In this document: positions 1 to 13,085 of the stretch, piece by piece
Numbering within the stretch: the first letter of the stretch is position 1
How the letters are laid out: each line of letters begins with the position of its first letter
Assembly: GCA_030141605.1 (NCBI GenBank)
Contig: JAQGDQ010000717.1
Coordinates: forward strand, 44,177 to 108,176
Length of the DNA stretch: 64,000 nucleotides
Direction: 5' to 3'
From: Tubiluchus corallicola
Lineage: Eukaryota; Animalia; Priapulida
The notes under the pieces: generated by a model
Told to the model about the DNA's origin: nothing
Databases searched by the model: none
The model's input: the letters and a program-made list of their open reading frames with translations, nothing else
Program-made: the position numbers and the translations under genes

Positions 1-122
1 AGCCATATCGTACAGAGCTTGCACTGTTTGATGTACACAGTGTGCCATATCGTAACGAGCTTGTACTGTTTGATGTACACAGTGTGCCATATCGTACCAA
101 TGTTGCACTGTGGGATGTATAC
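1..122. repeat. 42-bp minisatellite, about 3 units, truncated by the window start
   Basis: Unit tgccatatcgta..gagcttgcactgtttgatgtacacagtg recurs at 1, 43 and 85. Confidence 0.9.
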
Positions 123-2524
123 TAGGGCGGAGTGAAAAAAACTTTTTTGCCAAACCATTGGGAATCATCTTAGTATTTGTGACACTTGATAAAACTTAGA
201 TAATTGTCAAATCCCTGGAAGACATTCTACACTTGATGTGTTAAAATCAAATAAATAAATTTTCATGTTCTACTTAAAGGTTATATGTCTTTAAAAACAT
301 AGCATATAAGACAAAAATTACGGACAATGAAAGTCAAATATATGCACACATAGGCAAGAGAATGCAAACAATGTGTTAGAAATAACATTGCATGTTAAAT
401 TTTTAATGTTAGATTGAATTGTGACGTTGTAATTTTGCTTTTGTTTCAAAAACTGACATGGACTTTCTTCCCTGCAGTCTCATTCTAATCTAACTGTCTC
501 TGCTGGTGATACCGCAAACTTGTTGTGAAGAACAACCTGAGTACGACTAGGTATCTGCTTAATCCACTCACTTTTTCCAGTATTAGCAGTGCGTAGTATG
601 TTAACGAAAGGACATTAAAATCGGCGAAGTGCTGCTCTGATGAATGTAAGACTGAACTTTCACAATACGTCGACTTGCTAATTGCTGCATGTGACCTTCT
701 TCATCAAACATCTAATTGTCTCATTTATAAAACTATGTACATACATCTTATTAATTTGCAAAGTCACTCAAAATGTTTCATTCATTTACCTTGTGTTGTT
801 TTTATTTGGTACTTTATAGACTTCAAGTCCGGAGCAATAAGTGAATAATACAAAAATAAAAAAATAAACACGATATGTACATAAAAAATAAGAGAATTTT
901 TCTACCAAATGTTCCCAAAGTTCAAGGAACCACAAATTTGATGAACCCTACAGTGCAGCCTATACTATCTTATGCTATCCTATCAACTCACCAACACATT
1001 AAAGTTGCCCTGTTCAATCAATAGCCTCACTGCAGCTACTTTTACTCTCGGATTTTCCAACTTTGTGAGTCAAATTGGCTGAAGTTTCACCACGTAATTT
1101 CAGCACTAGTTTTTATTTTATCACTCCATTACATATTTAAATATGATTGTACATAATTTTGGCGGTACTGAAGTATGCTGTCATGTAGCTCTGCTACACG
1201 TTCGTAACGGAGGGAAGAATTTGCTAGAACTCCATAAATTCAGCACCTCAACGTGAACTGTCCGGAGCAGACATACATGTAAGGAGGCCGTCTTATCATT
1301 TGACGAAACAATCTAGTTCCTGTGTTTAAAAGGCGTTTTTTTTCAAACGGACTTTGCATCACGGTATCTACAAACTGAGGACGACATCTACTTCACGGAA
1401 ATTTTATCTGGCTTTTTGGTCTGGCTTTGTTAACTAATACTATTGCATTGCTAGCTAAATAATATATTAATTACATAAGTATGATATAGTTATATATATA
1501 TTTAAAAATATGGTTAAAATATAAAGCTTTATAAAAAATATTTATATATTTATAATAATATTTATAAATGAATACATGTATGTGTAGAATACGTATTAAA
1601 TACATATACATACATTTTTTTCGTGTAAGTGCAAAATTGGTAGCCATTGCTATGTACTGTTGAAACCATTCGTGTCACCTGACTGTACCTAGTAAAAGAG
1701 CGAATTCACAAGCTGTATGTAAAGAAAAACGCAAGGAAAACAAAAGTGGCGGCACAAAAACGACAATTAAGTAACTGAAATTTGAACCTGTTGATCTAAG
1801 AGGAAAATGTTGGATTATGGTAAATAAGGAAAATGATCACTTAATCAGATTAATAAAGGAGACATTCAGTGAAGATGTGACTTCCTCCAGCTGAGTTCAT
1901 GGATCCGCCACCAGACAGTTATACACAAAATCGTGGTCTACACTTCCGTGAAATCAAGGAGGAATTGCACAAGATGTGGCAAAAATATTAATATTAGGAT
2001 GAAACAGGTCATAGAAAAAGTAGAAAACCTGAATAAAAAGAATGATCTCTTTGTCACAGGGATCAAAAGAAATTGAAATGAGCTACAAGAAAAAATTAAA
2101 ACCTTGGAGAAATTAGTTAGCAGACAACAAAAATGCCTCTCACGACTCGACAAATAGGAAAGGGGCCTTCACGTTGTGATGTTGCGTTTTTCTAAAGATG
2201 GTCACTTAGTGTTTGATCATTGAGATCTTGAACGTTCAAACAGAGCTGTTCAAAACTACAGGATGGCAGCTCTACAACTCGACCACTGATGGTGGAATTT
2301 TCTTTGCATTATGATAGGAATGCTGGTTTGAGATATACGAGAAAGCTGAAAACAGAGCAGAGAATTAAAATCTTCATTAAAAAGCTGACATGACGAAGAG
2401 CGAGCTAGAAGAGAGTTAACGTTTGTAAGGAAGAGAAGCAACATAAAGGAGAAGATGGTTTTTCCTGTTATGTTCGGTCAATACTCTACTTAAGTTCTGA
2501 AGTAATAGACAAAGTGAGGCCGGT

Positions 2525-3590
2525 GACTGGAACGTTTTAGGCATGAACAAAACTTTCTGAGTAACTATAGTAATATTACCATTTGTTTTTGGAATATGAC
2601 AGTGTATGATGTGTGCAAAAGTATAATTAGAATCTGTAAGTTGTGAAAAATATGATATTATAGTATTATAGTATTAGTATAGTCAGAAACGCATTCATGT
2701 AAGTGAAATGTTCTCGCTTAAAGGATGTGTATGTTTTCATAATTCATTTTCAGAAGCCGATATTCAATACTCAAAAAGAGGTGTGTCTATCTTCCTTAAA
2801 GTGCCTTGAATATTATGCCCTTCATTAAAGATCATCTTATCCCATTAGTTATGTGAAAGTTATTTGTGAAGTCGAAATTGAACACTTGTAGAAAACAACT
2901 AAACACCAAATTACATGTTTGCACAAAACTGAAACACTTTTATTACAATAAATACACAGTAAAATGCACAAGTAAAATGAAGATCACAACTGCTGCACAG
3001 CACTGAGTGTGTGACAGAGAGAGAGTGTGTCCCATGAGTTGCACGACTGCACTGCCCGAGACAGAGAGTGACTAGCAGTGAAGTCTAGCCAGTTTATATA
3101 TGCAGAGAACTATGCAAAAACTTGGCTTCACATATCCCATTACAGTAAAATAGGGGAGATCCAGTGAGTTTGAATATTCAAGGGGTGAATTGAACTAGTA
3201 AAATGTTAAAGTGACTAATCAATAGATGGCAGCACCTAAAATATACAGTTACAACTTTCACAAGTTAAAAAAGTTGTTATGCCCAGATATGATTCTGTAG
3301 TGTTATTGTAGCTTTAAAATGCCCACTTGGATTGTAGGAAATGTAAATACCACCCGTTGGTTTAAATTACTTTTCGAACGATTTTTTCACCAACATGATA
3401 CCATTTGTCAGGGAGCTTAATAATCTTCCTATAATATTGCCAGGTGATTTTAATGCAAGAGCGGGTTCGTTAAGAAATAATATGACAAAAGAAACATTCT
3501 ATGAAAAAATGTAGATCAACAGGTGAATTCTCATGGTGCATCACAATTATTAGGGTGTGGGTCGCTTAAATTACATATTGCCAATCATAT
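2525..3590 (+). pseudogene. Decayed non-LTR retrotransposon (CR1/L2-group-like) AP endonuclease region, split by a solo LTR
   Basis: Manual translation gives APE motifs in order: WNVLGMN (~2528), SETH (~2682), KRGVSIFLK (~2774), NLPIILPGDFNARAGS (3422-3469), DQQVNSHG..LL and LHIAN. Many stops and frameshifts. Confidence 0.75.
2852..3262 (-). mobile_element. Solo LTR (411 bp) with 5-bp target-site duplication
   Basis: Starts TGTGAAAGTT and ends AACTTTCACA (10-bp inverted termini, TG...CA). Flanked by AGTTA at 2847-2851 and 3263-3267. TATATAAA (~3095) lies upstream of AATAAA (~2940) on the minus strand. Removing it rejoins the APE reading ...KDHLIPLV|KKVVMPRYD. Confidence 0.88.
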
Positions 3591-3739
3591 ATGCATTATA
3601 AATCTGTGCAGTGTGAAAGCGACTTTATTTTTCAATGGAACTTTTACAAGCGCAGAGGATAGTAAAACTTATAGGGCAAACCTATCACATTATTTTCTAG
3701 TAGTTACGCCGTTTTGAGTATATATTGATCAAACTTTAA

Positions 3740-4250
3740 AAGGGGAATATCATCAAAATCAAGTTAAACTTATTCTACAGCTGACTGCCCCGTGAACAAC
3801 TTGGCGAATTTTTTTTAACAGAACGCTGTCTAATTAATGAGTAATTAACTTTTTTGTATCTGACGGGAAACGCCATGGAGCTCTTATTACAACATTAGAG
3901 CATTTGACCTTAATTCGGAGAGGTTGTCATCTGATAGACATGATTGTGCTGCCCTCATTCACATGTTTTCATCAAATTCTGCAAAAGCGATATATTTTAC
4001 TACCTTGGAAAGTTATAGGTAAATTATACTATATTCTAATAGAGGTAAACAATCATTGCGCAAAAGTAGGCCTAAAGCATATTGTGAAAATTCTTTTGGC
4101 GTTAATTGAAAACATCGTCAATAATACAAGCTGCCAAAAGTTCGTTTCTTGTAAAACAAGTCATATAGTGATATAATAACTTCATTCACCTAAAGAATTA
4201 ATGAATTTGTAAACACAGAGAAACTCACGCAGAATTTTTGGTGACAGCTT
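3740..4250 (+). mobile_element. Terminus and internal part of a TTAA-flanked DNA transposon remnant (Kolobok-like)
   Basis: ttaa|AAGGGGAATATCATCAAAATCAAGTT matches the reverse complement of 20260-20421 and 41985-42016. 3860-4250 is similar to 40210-40770. Confidence 0.55.
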
Positions 4251-5458
4251 TCTGAGAGGCACACCGCCTGTTTTTTGTGCAATGCGTTACCAAAAGTCCC
4301 GTCTAACTAGAGAATGAGAAAACGCACGCAACAGCCATGAACTAGTGACGCAAACGTGAAATTGTGTTTAATTTGTAATAATTCTTTCATGATAGTTATT
4401 TTTGAAAATATAGTGAAAATTTTGTTTGCGACTGGTACGGGTATCTGTTTTTTCTTCCACTGGTACAATGGAATTTGACGAAGTTGCCTCCAGATTTCGT
4501 GCACCATTACTTCCGAAAAATAATGAGATTTTAGCTCAGTCGTGTAACACCTGTAATACAATAGCTTACATTACCTTAATACAAGCTGCATAAAAAGTGA
4601 ATGCATGGAGAAACCTTTGCTGCTTAAAGTCTCGAACTTCGTATAAAAATGTTGTCTAGCAGTAACAGTTTTTATGAAAAGCTTAATTTTTTTAACTTTG
4701 TGGTTTTTATGCAGTTTACATGATATATTTCCTGGTGAGGGGCGAGTGTGGTGAACCTCTTTTTTGAAACAAGTACAGCTGATGCACTGTAGCGTAGGAA
4801 GTTGAATAATATCTTGGCCCAGTTGTATATTAACTGCAAGCGATGCCTGCAGCTGTGAAGGGCAAGAGAACTAGGAAATAAATCAGCAATGGTATTTGCA
4901 ATGAGCTGTTAGCTACACGTATCTAAATTACATAATCGTTTCAATCTGCAATGTCCAATTTGCTCAAAAACTATGGCAAAGACAGCAGTAATGACTACTT
5001 TCTTTCATTTTCCTTTTATCTCTTTTGGCGCCTCTTCACAACATTCTGCCATCTTCTTGCATTTAATAATTATATTTGATAAAAATTGCATGTCTGGTAT
5101 CATTCAATGAAAAGAGTACATTACAAAACACTTGTGCAATTAAGACGCAAGACGTAGAGCCTAGACTCAAAATTTAGTTGCGCAATTTTTAGTTGCATAC
5201 TGGATTTTGTTATTTAACACATTTAAAAACTTCTAGTTGAGCAACTGAAAATTGCATGCCTGCGCAGTTTAATTTAATAATTAATAATTTAATATTTAAT
5301 AATTGAAGTAGTAATCGTTTTTTTTGTACAATATTCCACCCCTAATTTTCACTCTACAAAAGCTGCTTGTCATTAAAGTCCAGTTTGTACCTGCGATTTT
5401 TTTTAATCCTGAGGTGAAATGATGCGTATGATTAGTTTACTTCGTCTTTGCTCTTAAA

Positions 5459-5705
5459 GCTGCGACGATTAGAATAAAACGTGCCAAATTACAGACCACC
5501 TGAGATGCTCTCTCCACACAAAGAGCAGCTTATAATGTAAATCCTGTAAAGTATTTGAATTGAGACGCAGTTCACGCCCTGCACTCAAGGCTGCGACGAT
5601 TAGAATAAAACAAATTACAGACCACCTGAGATGCTTTCTCCACTCAAAGAGCAGCTTATAATGGTTTCGTAAATCCTGTAAAGTATTTGAGTTCACGCCC
5701 TGCAC
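5459..5705. repeat. Tandem duplication, 131-bp period, 2 copies plus a partial copy near 5810
   Basis: gctgcgacgattagaataaaac...gaccacctgagatgct...aaagagcagcttataatg starts at 5459 and 5590. Confidence 0.85.
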
Positions 5706-6869
5706 ACAAAGAAAGATTGTAATCTTCAACAATTTCCTCTATAATGGTCGAAAAAATGCCGAAAAAATAATGACCCCCGCTTTTGACCACTTGAAACCGA
5801 CCTTGCGAACACAAAAGAGCAGCTTAATTGTAAACCTTGTCAAATATTTACCTGAGCTACAGGTAGAGCGTAGTTAACAAAGGAAGATTATAATAATCTT
5901 GCTCTTTGAAGATTCAGCAGGCTCAGCAACAATTTTAGCAGCGTGAGAACTTCTGGTTAATGACCAACCTTGAATATGTTTGCTCTGCTAAATAAACACT
6001 AGCGTCCCTTTTTAACAACTTTGGAGCTTATAGAAATTTATGGAAACTTTTCTGGCACCAGTATTGACTGTTGTTGCTTGGTACTGCATTGTTTTTTGTA
6101 AATCTTTTCACTGATAACTGCTTGTCGTGAACTGATGCAGTGTTTAACCTGCTCTAAAGAAAACACTTAGAATTTAACTAAAGTATTTTAAACGCTTCTG
6201 TAAACCCAAAATAGTCAAGGTAGAAAGTACTTTACTGCTTAGAACTTAGCGCAATGTATTTATCAGAAATGCATTTTTAGCATTTTGTCCAGAAGCACTA
6301 CATACTTTAACTTCTTGTCTTAGACAATTATTTTTCATACTGACTCGAGTCTTTTACTGCCACGATCTGTGCAATAAGAAAATGTTACCGTTATGTGCTA
6401 ATGGTAGCTAGTGTTTGAAAATGAAAATTTTAAAAGGGCGGATCCACAATGATTAAACTTTAGAAATGATAATTATTTTTTGGACATTTGTATTTGAGTT
6501 CGTAGATATAATTACAGTTACTATTACAACTTTTTGTAACAAATAATAATACATTACATAAAAATTCATGCACAACAATGAACTTTTTATTGACTTATTA
6601 CTGTTTTCTTGTTGTTTCTGTACTATCACTGTCATTAGCTATATCGTCAGATGTACTTTCAGTTTAGTATTCGTACATTGTCGTTACGATATTAGTGCAG
6701 TAACAATCGAGTGTAAGGGCCATTTCACAGTGAGGACGCGCGACAGATTTCCCAGTATAGTTCCTCGTGAGGAATTCTGCTGCCAGATAGAAGCTACGTA
6801 TCCTACTCGTGAGGAACAGTGATAAAAAATTGTTTTTGGAGACTTGAATGCTGATGTCGTAGTTTTTAC

Positions 6870-7460
6870 AAAATGCTGTTTGTACAATACAAAATGAAAG
6901 ACAAATTGAATGGTATCCCATACCACGAGATTGACCCCTGACAAAAGGTCATGGGTACAAGTGTCACGAGCTATGATTTTATTGAAAAGAAACGCAATTC
7001 ATAGATAATCGAGTATGGCGAATTCGTTGAAGACAATATTGAGACTTTCAGACCAAACACCTCTGGGGTTCTTAGTCCGAAAGTTGCAAGTTCCAATTTC
7101 ACGGAAGCGAAATGCAGCTACTTTACTTTAAAGTAATGCAATATGTCACATTGCACTACATTACATTACTTTACAACACTCTGTTACGTAACATTACACT
7201 TACATAATATATTGCAGAATCTTCCACTTATGACTTCGTCATAAGTTCTTTATTTTTCTTCTATTTCATTGTTAATATTCTGCAATACTTGCACAATGTT
7301 AATCAAACACAACTGTTTATTAAAGGAAGACGGGATGATTTTTCATATACAACCCCATTTTCATGTCCGGTAAAAAGTAAACATTTTAACACCAACAATA
7401 CTGCAAAAACGTTTGTGATAATTAAACAATAGATTAAAAGCTTAATTAACGGGTGGCGAG
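6870..7460 (+). pseudogene. Decayed THAP-domain-like coding remnant plus a conserved downstream repeat (DNA transposon debris)
   Basis: Fragments TKCC, KDKLNGIPYHE, VWRIR and FRPNTSGVLSPKVASSNFTE resemble the THAP layout C..C...H.FP...W.....vCs.HF. 7325-7460 matches the reverse complement of 14100-14235. Confidence 0.4.
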
Positions 7461-8218
7461 CCCAACTATTGATGACATCACAAACGAACATAATTTTCAA
7501 GAGCAAAAATATTCCACGAGCGTGTTGCACGTGCTTGCGAAAGCGAAAATTAAAGTACAGTGCTACTGTAAGATATTCAGTTTGTTGTACGAAAACTAGG
7601 CATGTTTTAAGATGAATATTCAAATTTTAAATTTACCGCTGTGCTCGGGCATTAGCTGTCGAATGTGTGTAGTTCCTCATAAACTAACACATCTGAACTG
7701 AGAGGCGCAGCACCTGTTTTTTGTGCGAAGCGTTTTTCCAAAATTCAGGCGCTAGTGCCCATCTAACTAGCGAAGAAGTGGACGGCGAATAATTAGTGGC
7801 TCGAACATGAAACTGTGTTTGTGTGGTAATAATTCTTTCCTGTAAGTCATTTTCGAATTCTTTCAGGTTAGTCATTTTTGAAAAAAATAGTAAGTTCCCT
7901 TTCAATATTTTAAAGAGTAGATTGTTTTGACTTAAAGTTTTAAGGTTCGGTCCTGTTTTTTCTTTAAGATTCTGCAATGCTTGCAGGAGGTTCTTGTTCT
8001 TGGAAATCAACTGTTCGTTTGTACTTTAACCTTGGTACGACAATGAAGAATTTCATAACATTGTAACTGTAGCTAGTGTCACCAAACTTGTAGGGCAGAC
8101 ATCTGGGATAGGGAGTAGTTTGAACCCCAGTTAAAGCTTTATGACTATAAGCTTGATATTAATTTCAATTTTGTACTAGCACTGTGACCTCGTGGTGCCC
8201 AAAGTCAAAAATAAAAGG

Positions 8219-10335
8219 TTAATGGGTTAATGACTCATTTTCTTCTTTTTCTATCCCAAATTCCAACTGGTCGTAGATTATTGTCTTGCTACTTTCATCG
8301 TTGCCGAAAGACGATTTCAACTTTTGTGGACTCACGTCCATCTCTTCCGACAATGAGTTTACACTTTCTCTGGAATCATTAGTTCCATTTCCATCTACAG
8401 TAACTGTGATAGAGCTAAGTTGTTTATTCGGAGTGGAAGTACGTGGGCGGACTGGAGAGAGGTTGGGCAGTGAAAGATCACTAGGGTTGAAGAGACTGGG
8501 AGAATCAAGCTGTGGCAAGAGGGCTGAAAAAGAGGGGCTGGAAGTACTGGACTGTGTAACTCGAAGCAGTAGCAACTTTTTTATTACCGACTGAATTTTG
8601 TTCTGGTGAGTATGGTGGTGGTGGCGGAAACCCAGAAGATAGAGACTCATTAGCCTGACTGGATTCGGTGCTGATTTCCGAAGCATCGTAGATAATTGTT
8701 GCTTGCGCGTCTACGTTAGCTTGAGTGGAATTATTTTGCGTTGCATTGTTTTGTGCATCCCAAGAGAAGCCCGTGGGTGGCGCGTATTTCCAGAGCCTAT
8801 CGGCATGCACAACTTTACAATTTCTGGCGCCTGGAAGTTTGATACGGTATACCACACCTGATAATCGTATGACTACAGTATAAGGTCCATCCCAATCCAT
8901 TTGCAGTTCGGGTGCACGTCCATCCTTACGTTGGGGGTTGAAGAACCATACCAAATCGTGTTCTTTAAAACGAGAACGTTTAGCTTTAACGTCGTACCTT
9001 CGACGCATTGTTTCGCCTGAGAAGCGCAAATTATTTCGAATAAAATGGTGGACATCATGTAGACTATCTTCTAAGTACTTTACATGGTCAACTACATTAT
9101 GACAGACAGATTCAAGAGGTAGGTCCGTTAGCAAGTCGAGAGGCAGACGTAGTTCCCGACCCATCATGGCTTTGGTAGGAGTAAACCCTGTAGCATCATG
9201 TTCTGCTGACCGATAACTTAACAGAATTAAGGGCATTTTCACATCCGAGTCGCGCTGGTGTAAACTTGCGAATTGTGCCAATTGACGTGAAATAGTTTTA
9301 ATGTACCTTTCTGCAAGGCCATTTGACTGAGGCCATAAATGGGTGGCACGCGTCTTGACAATGTCTAAAAATTCACAACATTGCTGAAAAATGCGAGACT
9401 CGAAGTTTCTACCCTGATCGCTATGAATTTTACCAGGCAGACCAAACCGAGAAAATAATTCATTTACCAAGGCTCTGGCTACAGTTTCTGCTTCTTGGTT
9501 AGGAAGGGCGCACCCTTCTGGCGATTTGGATAAATAATCTACAGCGATCAGGACATACTTATTCCCAGAGTCTGATTTAGGGAAAGGTCCAGCTACATCT
9601 ATTGCTATGCGCTCCATAGGAGCTCCTACCCTGTACTGTTGCAAAGGTGCTCTTGGCTTGCGCTGGGGCCCCTTTTTTCGACAACATTCACGACATGACC
9701 GTATCCATAACTGGATATCCTTCCGCATGCCTGGCCAGAAGTACCGATCACACAGCCTGGCAAAAGTTTTGTTCTGGCCGAAGTGACCAGCAGTAGGACT
9801 ATTATGAAACCCTGTAAGTAGACTTTCACGAAAGGCTCTAGGAACTAGCCATTGGTAACGGACTACAGTCCCGTCTGGAGATTCCCATTTACGCTGCACT
9901 ACCCCATTTTCTACTTTGAGCGCGTCCCATTGGCGCCAAATAGCTTTTGATTCAGGGCTTAGATCAGAAACTTGCTCCCATGCTGGTTTTTGGGCTGAAG
10001 TTTGCAAAAATCCCAATATTGGGGCTATGTCTTTGTCTTTTGTCTGTCCTTCAGCAAAATCAAGATTTACATCTCTCAATGTTGTACTGATTTGATAAAT
10101 TGTGGCATCACATTTATTGCATCACGTTACACGGTTCTTGTTTGCTACAATGTTTGCAACTGACTTCGCAGGGCCGACGAGAAAGCGCGTCCGCATTTCC
10201 GTGGCTTTTGCCTGCACGATGTTCTATTGTGTAATCATACTGGTCTAATTTGCAAAGCCAGCGAGCTAACTGACCTTCTGGTTTACGCAAAGTTCACAGC
10301 CAGCGAAGAGCAGCATGGTCAGTGCGTATAGCCAA
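8219..10335 (-). mobile_element. Truncated Gypsy LTR retrotransposon (RNase H end plus integrase). No LTR recognised
   Basis: Upstream of the integrase ORF the minus strand reads IRTDHAALRWL*TLRKPEGQLARWLCKLDQYDYTIEHRAGKSHGNADALSRRP (RNase H C-terminus), with a stop and a frameshift. Confidence 0.9.
8505..10079 (-). CDS. Ty3/Gypsy pol fragment: integrase (HHCC zinc finger, DDE core, GPY/F)
   Basis: ORF has FHNSPTAGHFG...CRECC, ERIAIDVAGPFP, IHSDQGRNFES, PQSNGLAER and WDGPY. A Ser/Pro-rich tail continues by frameshift into 8219-8686. Confidence 0.93.
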   Translation of the reverse strand: MRDVNLDFAEGQTKDKDIAPILGFLQTSAQKPAWEQVSDLSPESKAIWRQWDALKVENGVVQRKWESPDGTVVRYQWLVPRAFRESLLTGFHNSPTAGHFGQNKTFARLCDRYFWPGMRKDIQLWIRSCRECCRKKGPQRKPRAPLQQYRVGAPMERIAIDVAGPFPKSDSGNKYVLIAVDYLSKSPEGCALPNQEAETVARALVNELFSRFGLPGKIHSDQGRNFESRIFQQCCEFLDIVKTRATHLWPQSNGLAERYIKTISRQLAQFASLHQRDSDVKMPLILLSYRSAEHDATGFTPTKAMMGRELRLPLDLLTDLPLESVCHNVVDHVKYLEDSLHDVHHFIRNNLRFSGETMRRRYDVKAKRSRFKEHDLVWFFNPQRKDGRAPELQMDWDGPYTVVIRLSGVVYRIKLPGARNCKVVHADRLWKYAPPTGFSWDAQNNATQNNSTQANVDAQATIIYDASEISTESSQANESLSSGFPPPPPYSPEQNSVGNKKVATASSYTVQYFQPLFFSPLATA

Positions 10336-10907
10336 GAACCTCTATAACTAAATGAACGTGACACACTATTGTTCTACAGTCTCGGGCTAACTAAAGGCGC
10401 CCAGATTGACAGGTCAAACAGTGTTCAACGTTTACGCGGGCACTTGAAACTAAGTGTATGAGTTTGCTGAAATGTTTATTGCTATGTAATGTTATTTATG
10501 TTGAGCACTAGACTTTTCATTGCTACGATAATCGTCATTATGCCTACGTAGTAAGTGTCCTCATAGTAAATTTAATTTACGGAAAATGTTAATTATCAGC
10601 AGTCTGGTTATCTAATATCTTCTACAAACTGCGTCATTCTAAGTTCGCGGCCTGTGTCGATCGGTAGTTGGTACTGTACATTTACGTAACAAAATAGCTA
10701 CTGTATGCTACGTTTATATATTATCTTACATGTTTTTTAGTTTTGAAAGGATTTCACGAATTCCTCGAGAAGGCTGGCAACCAAACCAAAAGCGTCGAGA
10801 ATTTGTTCACGCCACTTTGTTGAGGATGATTTTGGAGTCGGAATATAGGGATGTTAGTAGCAGTACTGTATACGAAATCAACAAATACACAAAGATAAAA
10901 ATATCGA

Positions 10908-10921
10908 ACAACAACAACAAC

Positions 10922-10999
<78 letters not shown>

Positions 11000-11211
11000 G
11001 TAGTAGTAGCAGTAATGATGATGATAATAATAAGAATATTAACAACAACAACAACAACAACAATAATAATAATAATAATAATAATCAGGAACAACAACAA
11101 CAACAAGAATTTGAAATCCACGAATTTGAAATATATTTTGTAATATATAAATATATATATACATGTGTGTGTGTGTGTATGTGTGTGTGTGTGTGTGTGT
11201 GTGCGTGTGTG

Positions 11212-11253
<42 letters not shown>
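10908..11253. repeat. Compound microsatellite (AAC)n/(AAT)n followed by (TG)n
   Basis: Directly visible. Explains the poly-I and poly-L ORFs. Confidence 0.97.
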
Positions 11254-11254
<1 letters not shown>

Positions 11255-12499
11255 CTTTATATTAATTTTATCTTCATTTTACAAATTTGTGTCATAGACG
11301 TTTCTTATTTGGGTTTTATTTGAAATGCATTGCGCTCCTCTCTTAAGACCTAAAAGGGGGCAATGAATTTATAATAGCAGAACAGAAATCACAACGTCAT
11401 GACAGGTTATAGCATCTCGTTATCCCAGCTTCCAAAGCTGAAGAATGAGAAACTTTGACTTTATGCCGCAGGTTTTGCATTTCAGAGGAGCTTAAGATTT
11501 CAAAGCTTTTTTGTTTACAGGTAAAACCTTCTCTCTTGAATGCAGAAGCTCATTTTCTAAATAACAGCTGAATTTACAAACACGACTCGCTCTTCTCAAC
11601 AACAAAAGCTTCATCCAGGTCGAAGCCGATTAGCTCCAAGATAATTTGCTCAAATCCTAGAAAACAGGCATTTGGTCAATTCGCAACAAATTATCTAAAT
11701 GTTTTTTTTACGGGATGAATTGCACAAATCCTAATAAGCAGACATCAGTCATTCATCCAGAAATTATCCTTCTAGCAGTCATTATGAGAATGTTTGTATA
11801 AATCTAGGGAAGATGGTAAAAGATTATGCTCATAGAAATACCTAAAAAAATGAAAGTAGAAAAACAACAAAAACACATTCATTTTCATAAACGCAGTCAG
11901 AAAAATAAAAAGTTAAAGAATAAAAAATATTTTTTCTGTTAATCCGACATTCGTTGTTGCTGTGTGGCGATTATATGAAATCTGAATCTTAAAAAAAGTT
12001 TAACATCTTATGTCAGAATCATCCCTCAGGAAGTCATAAATTCGTTTTACACTTTACTAGATGTTATTGGTGTATTTACACGGATCATATTAATTTCCTT
12101 CAAAAGGCATAATTACGTTTTTACGGGTCACGTAGATCGTTAAATTGTCTGTTTTGCATCCGCAAACACCCAGCGGTTAATGGAGCTTATAGGATTAAGT
12201 TAGGAGATTAGCATGAACACGTCACTGACGTCAGTAAATCCAATAGGGACTATTATTCTATCCATGTTAGGTATTCAAAATAGGTTGTTTTACTTTATGT
12301 GATCTTGACTGTGTAAATTGCAAAATACAAACGTATGTCATGAAGAAAAAGTTGTTTAATCGCACTGACCTGAATAATCGTGTAAAACTAGAGAGTGAAT
12401 GAGATAGGATGCAGAAAACAGAGAAATGCACAAGAAAGAGAAAAACAAAAAATGTGAAAAAGGAAGAGGGCGGACAAACAGAAATGGAGGGAAAAAATT

Positions 12500-13085
12500 G
12501 CGAGAGAGAGTGAGAGAGAGAAAAGGCAGAAAGAAGGAAACATTTAGAGTGGAGAGGAGAGAGATAGGATGAGAGTGAGGGAAAAGAAAGGAGCGAGAGA
12601 GAGAGAGAAAGAATGAAAGAGAGAGAAAAAGAGAGAGAGAGATAGAGAGAGAAAGAGAAAGAGAGAGGAAGAGAGAGAGAAAGAAAGATAGAGAGAGGAA
12701 GAGAGAGAGAGAGAGAAACAGGGAGAGAGAAAGAGATTCCTTGAATGTGGGGTTGGGGTAATGACATTTAAGGATTAAGATCACGATTGTTATCAGTGTT
12801 TGGATTCTGTTTATTGAAGAGACTCTAATCACTCAAAGCAGGTAGCGACACAGAGCGCTAATTTTTTTCTACCTGGATGATCACTCTGTAAAGCTAATTT
12901 TCTAAATGACAGAAATTTGCAAACACTCGGCGTGGGAAAAGCTAATCCGAGTTTAAAACTGATTTTCTTTGTGATACGTGGCTTTAGTTTCGAAAATAGC
13001 CTCCCGACGTTATTACACTAATCCGTTGTTTTCGGAATCTTCTTTAAAGGAAAGCGACCTGGGAGCAGATAAAATGTGCTCTCGT
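12500..13085 (+). repeat. (GA)-rich tract plus copy 1 of a dispersed repeat family with internal subrepeats
   Basis: ccttgaatg.ggg.tgggg.aatgacatttaaggat..aga...gattg follows the GA tract, as at 32700 and 56420. Confidence 0.8.

Noticed and set aside
8100-8130. gggatagggagtagt as the PPT of the 8.2-10.3 kb Gypsy element
   Set aside because: It is on the opposite strand to the element and no TG...CA LTR follows.
10730-12832. Poly-I, poly-L and SL-repeat ORFs
   Set aside because: Translations of (AAT)n and (GA)n microsatellites. The same applies to the ORFs at 23074-23434, 32573-32794, 37257-37643 and 47063-47469.
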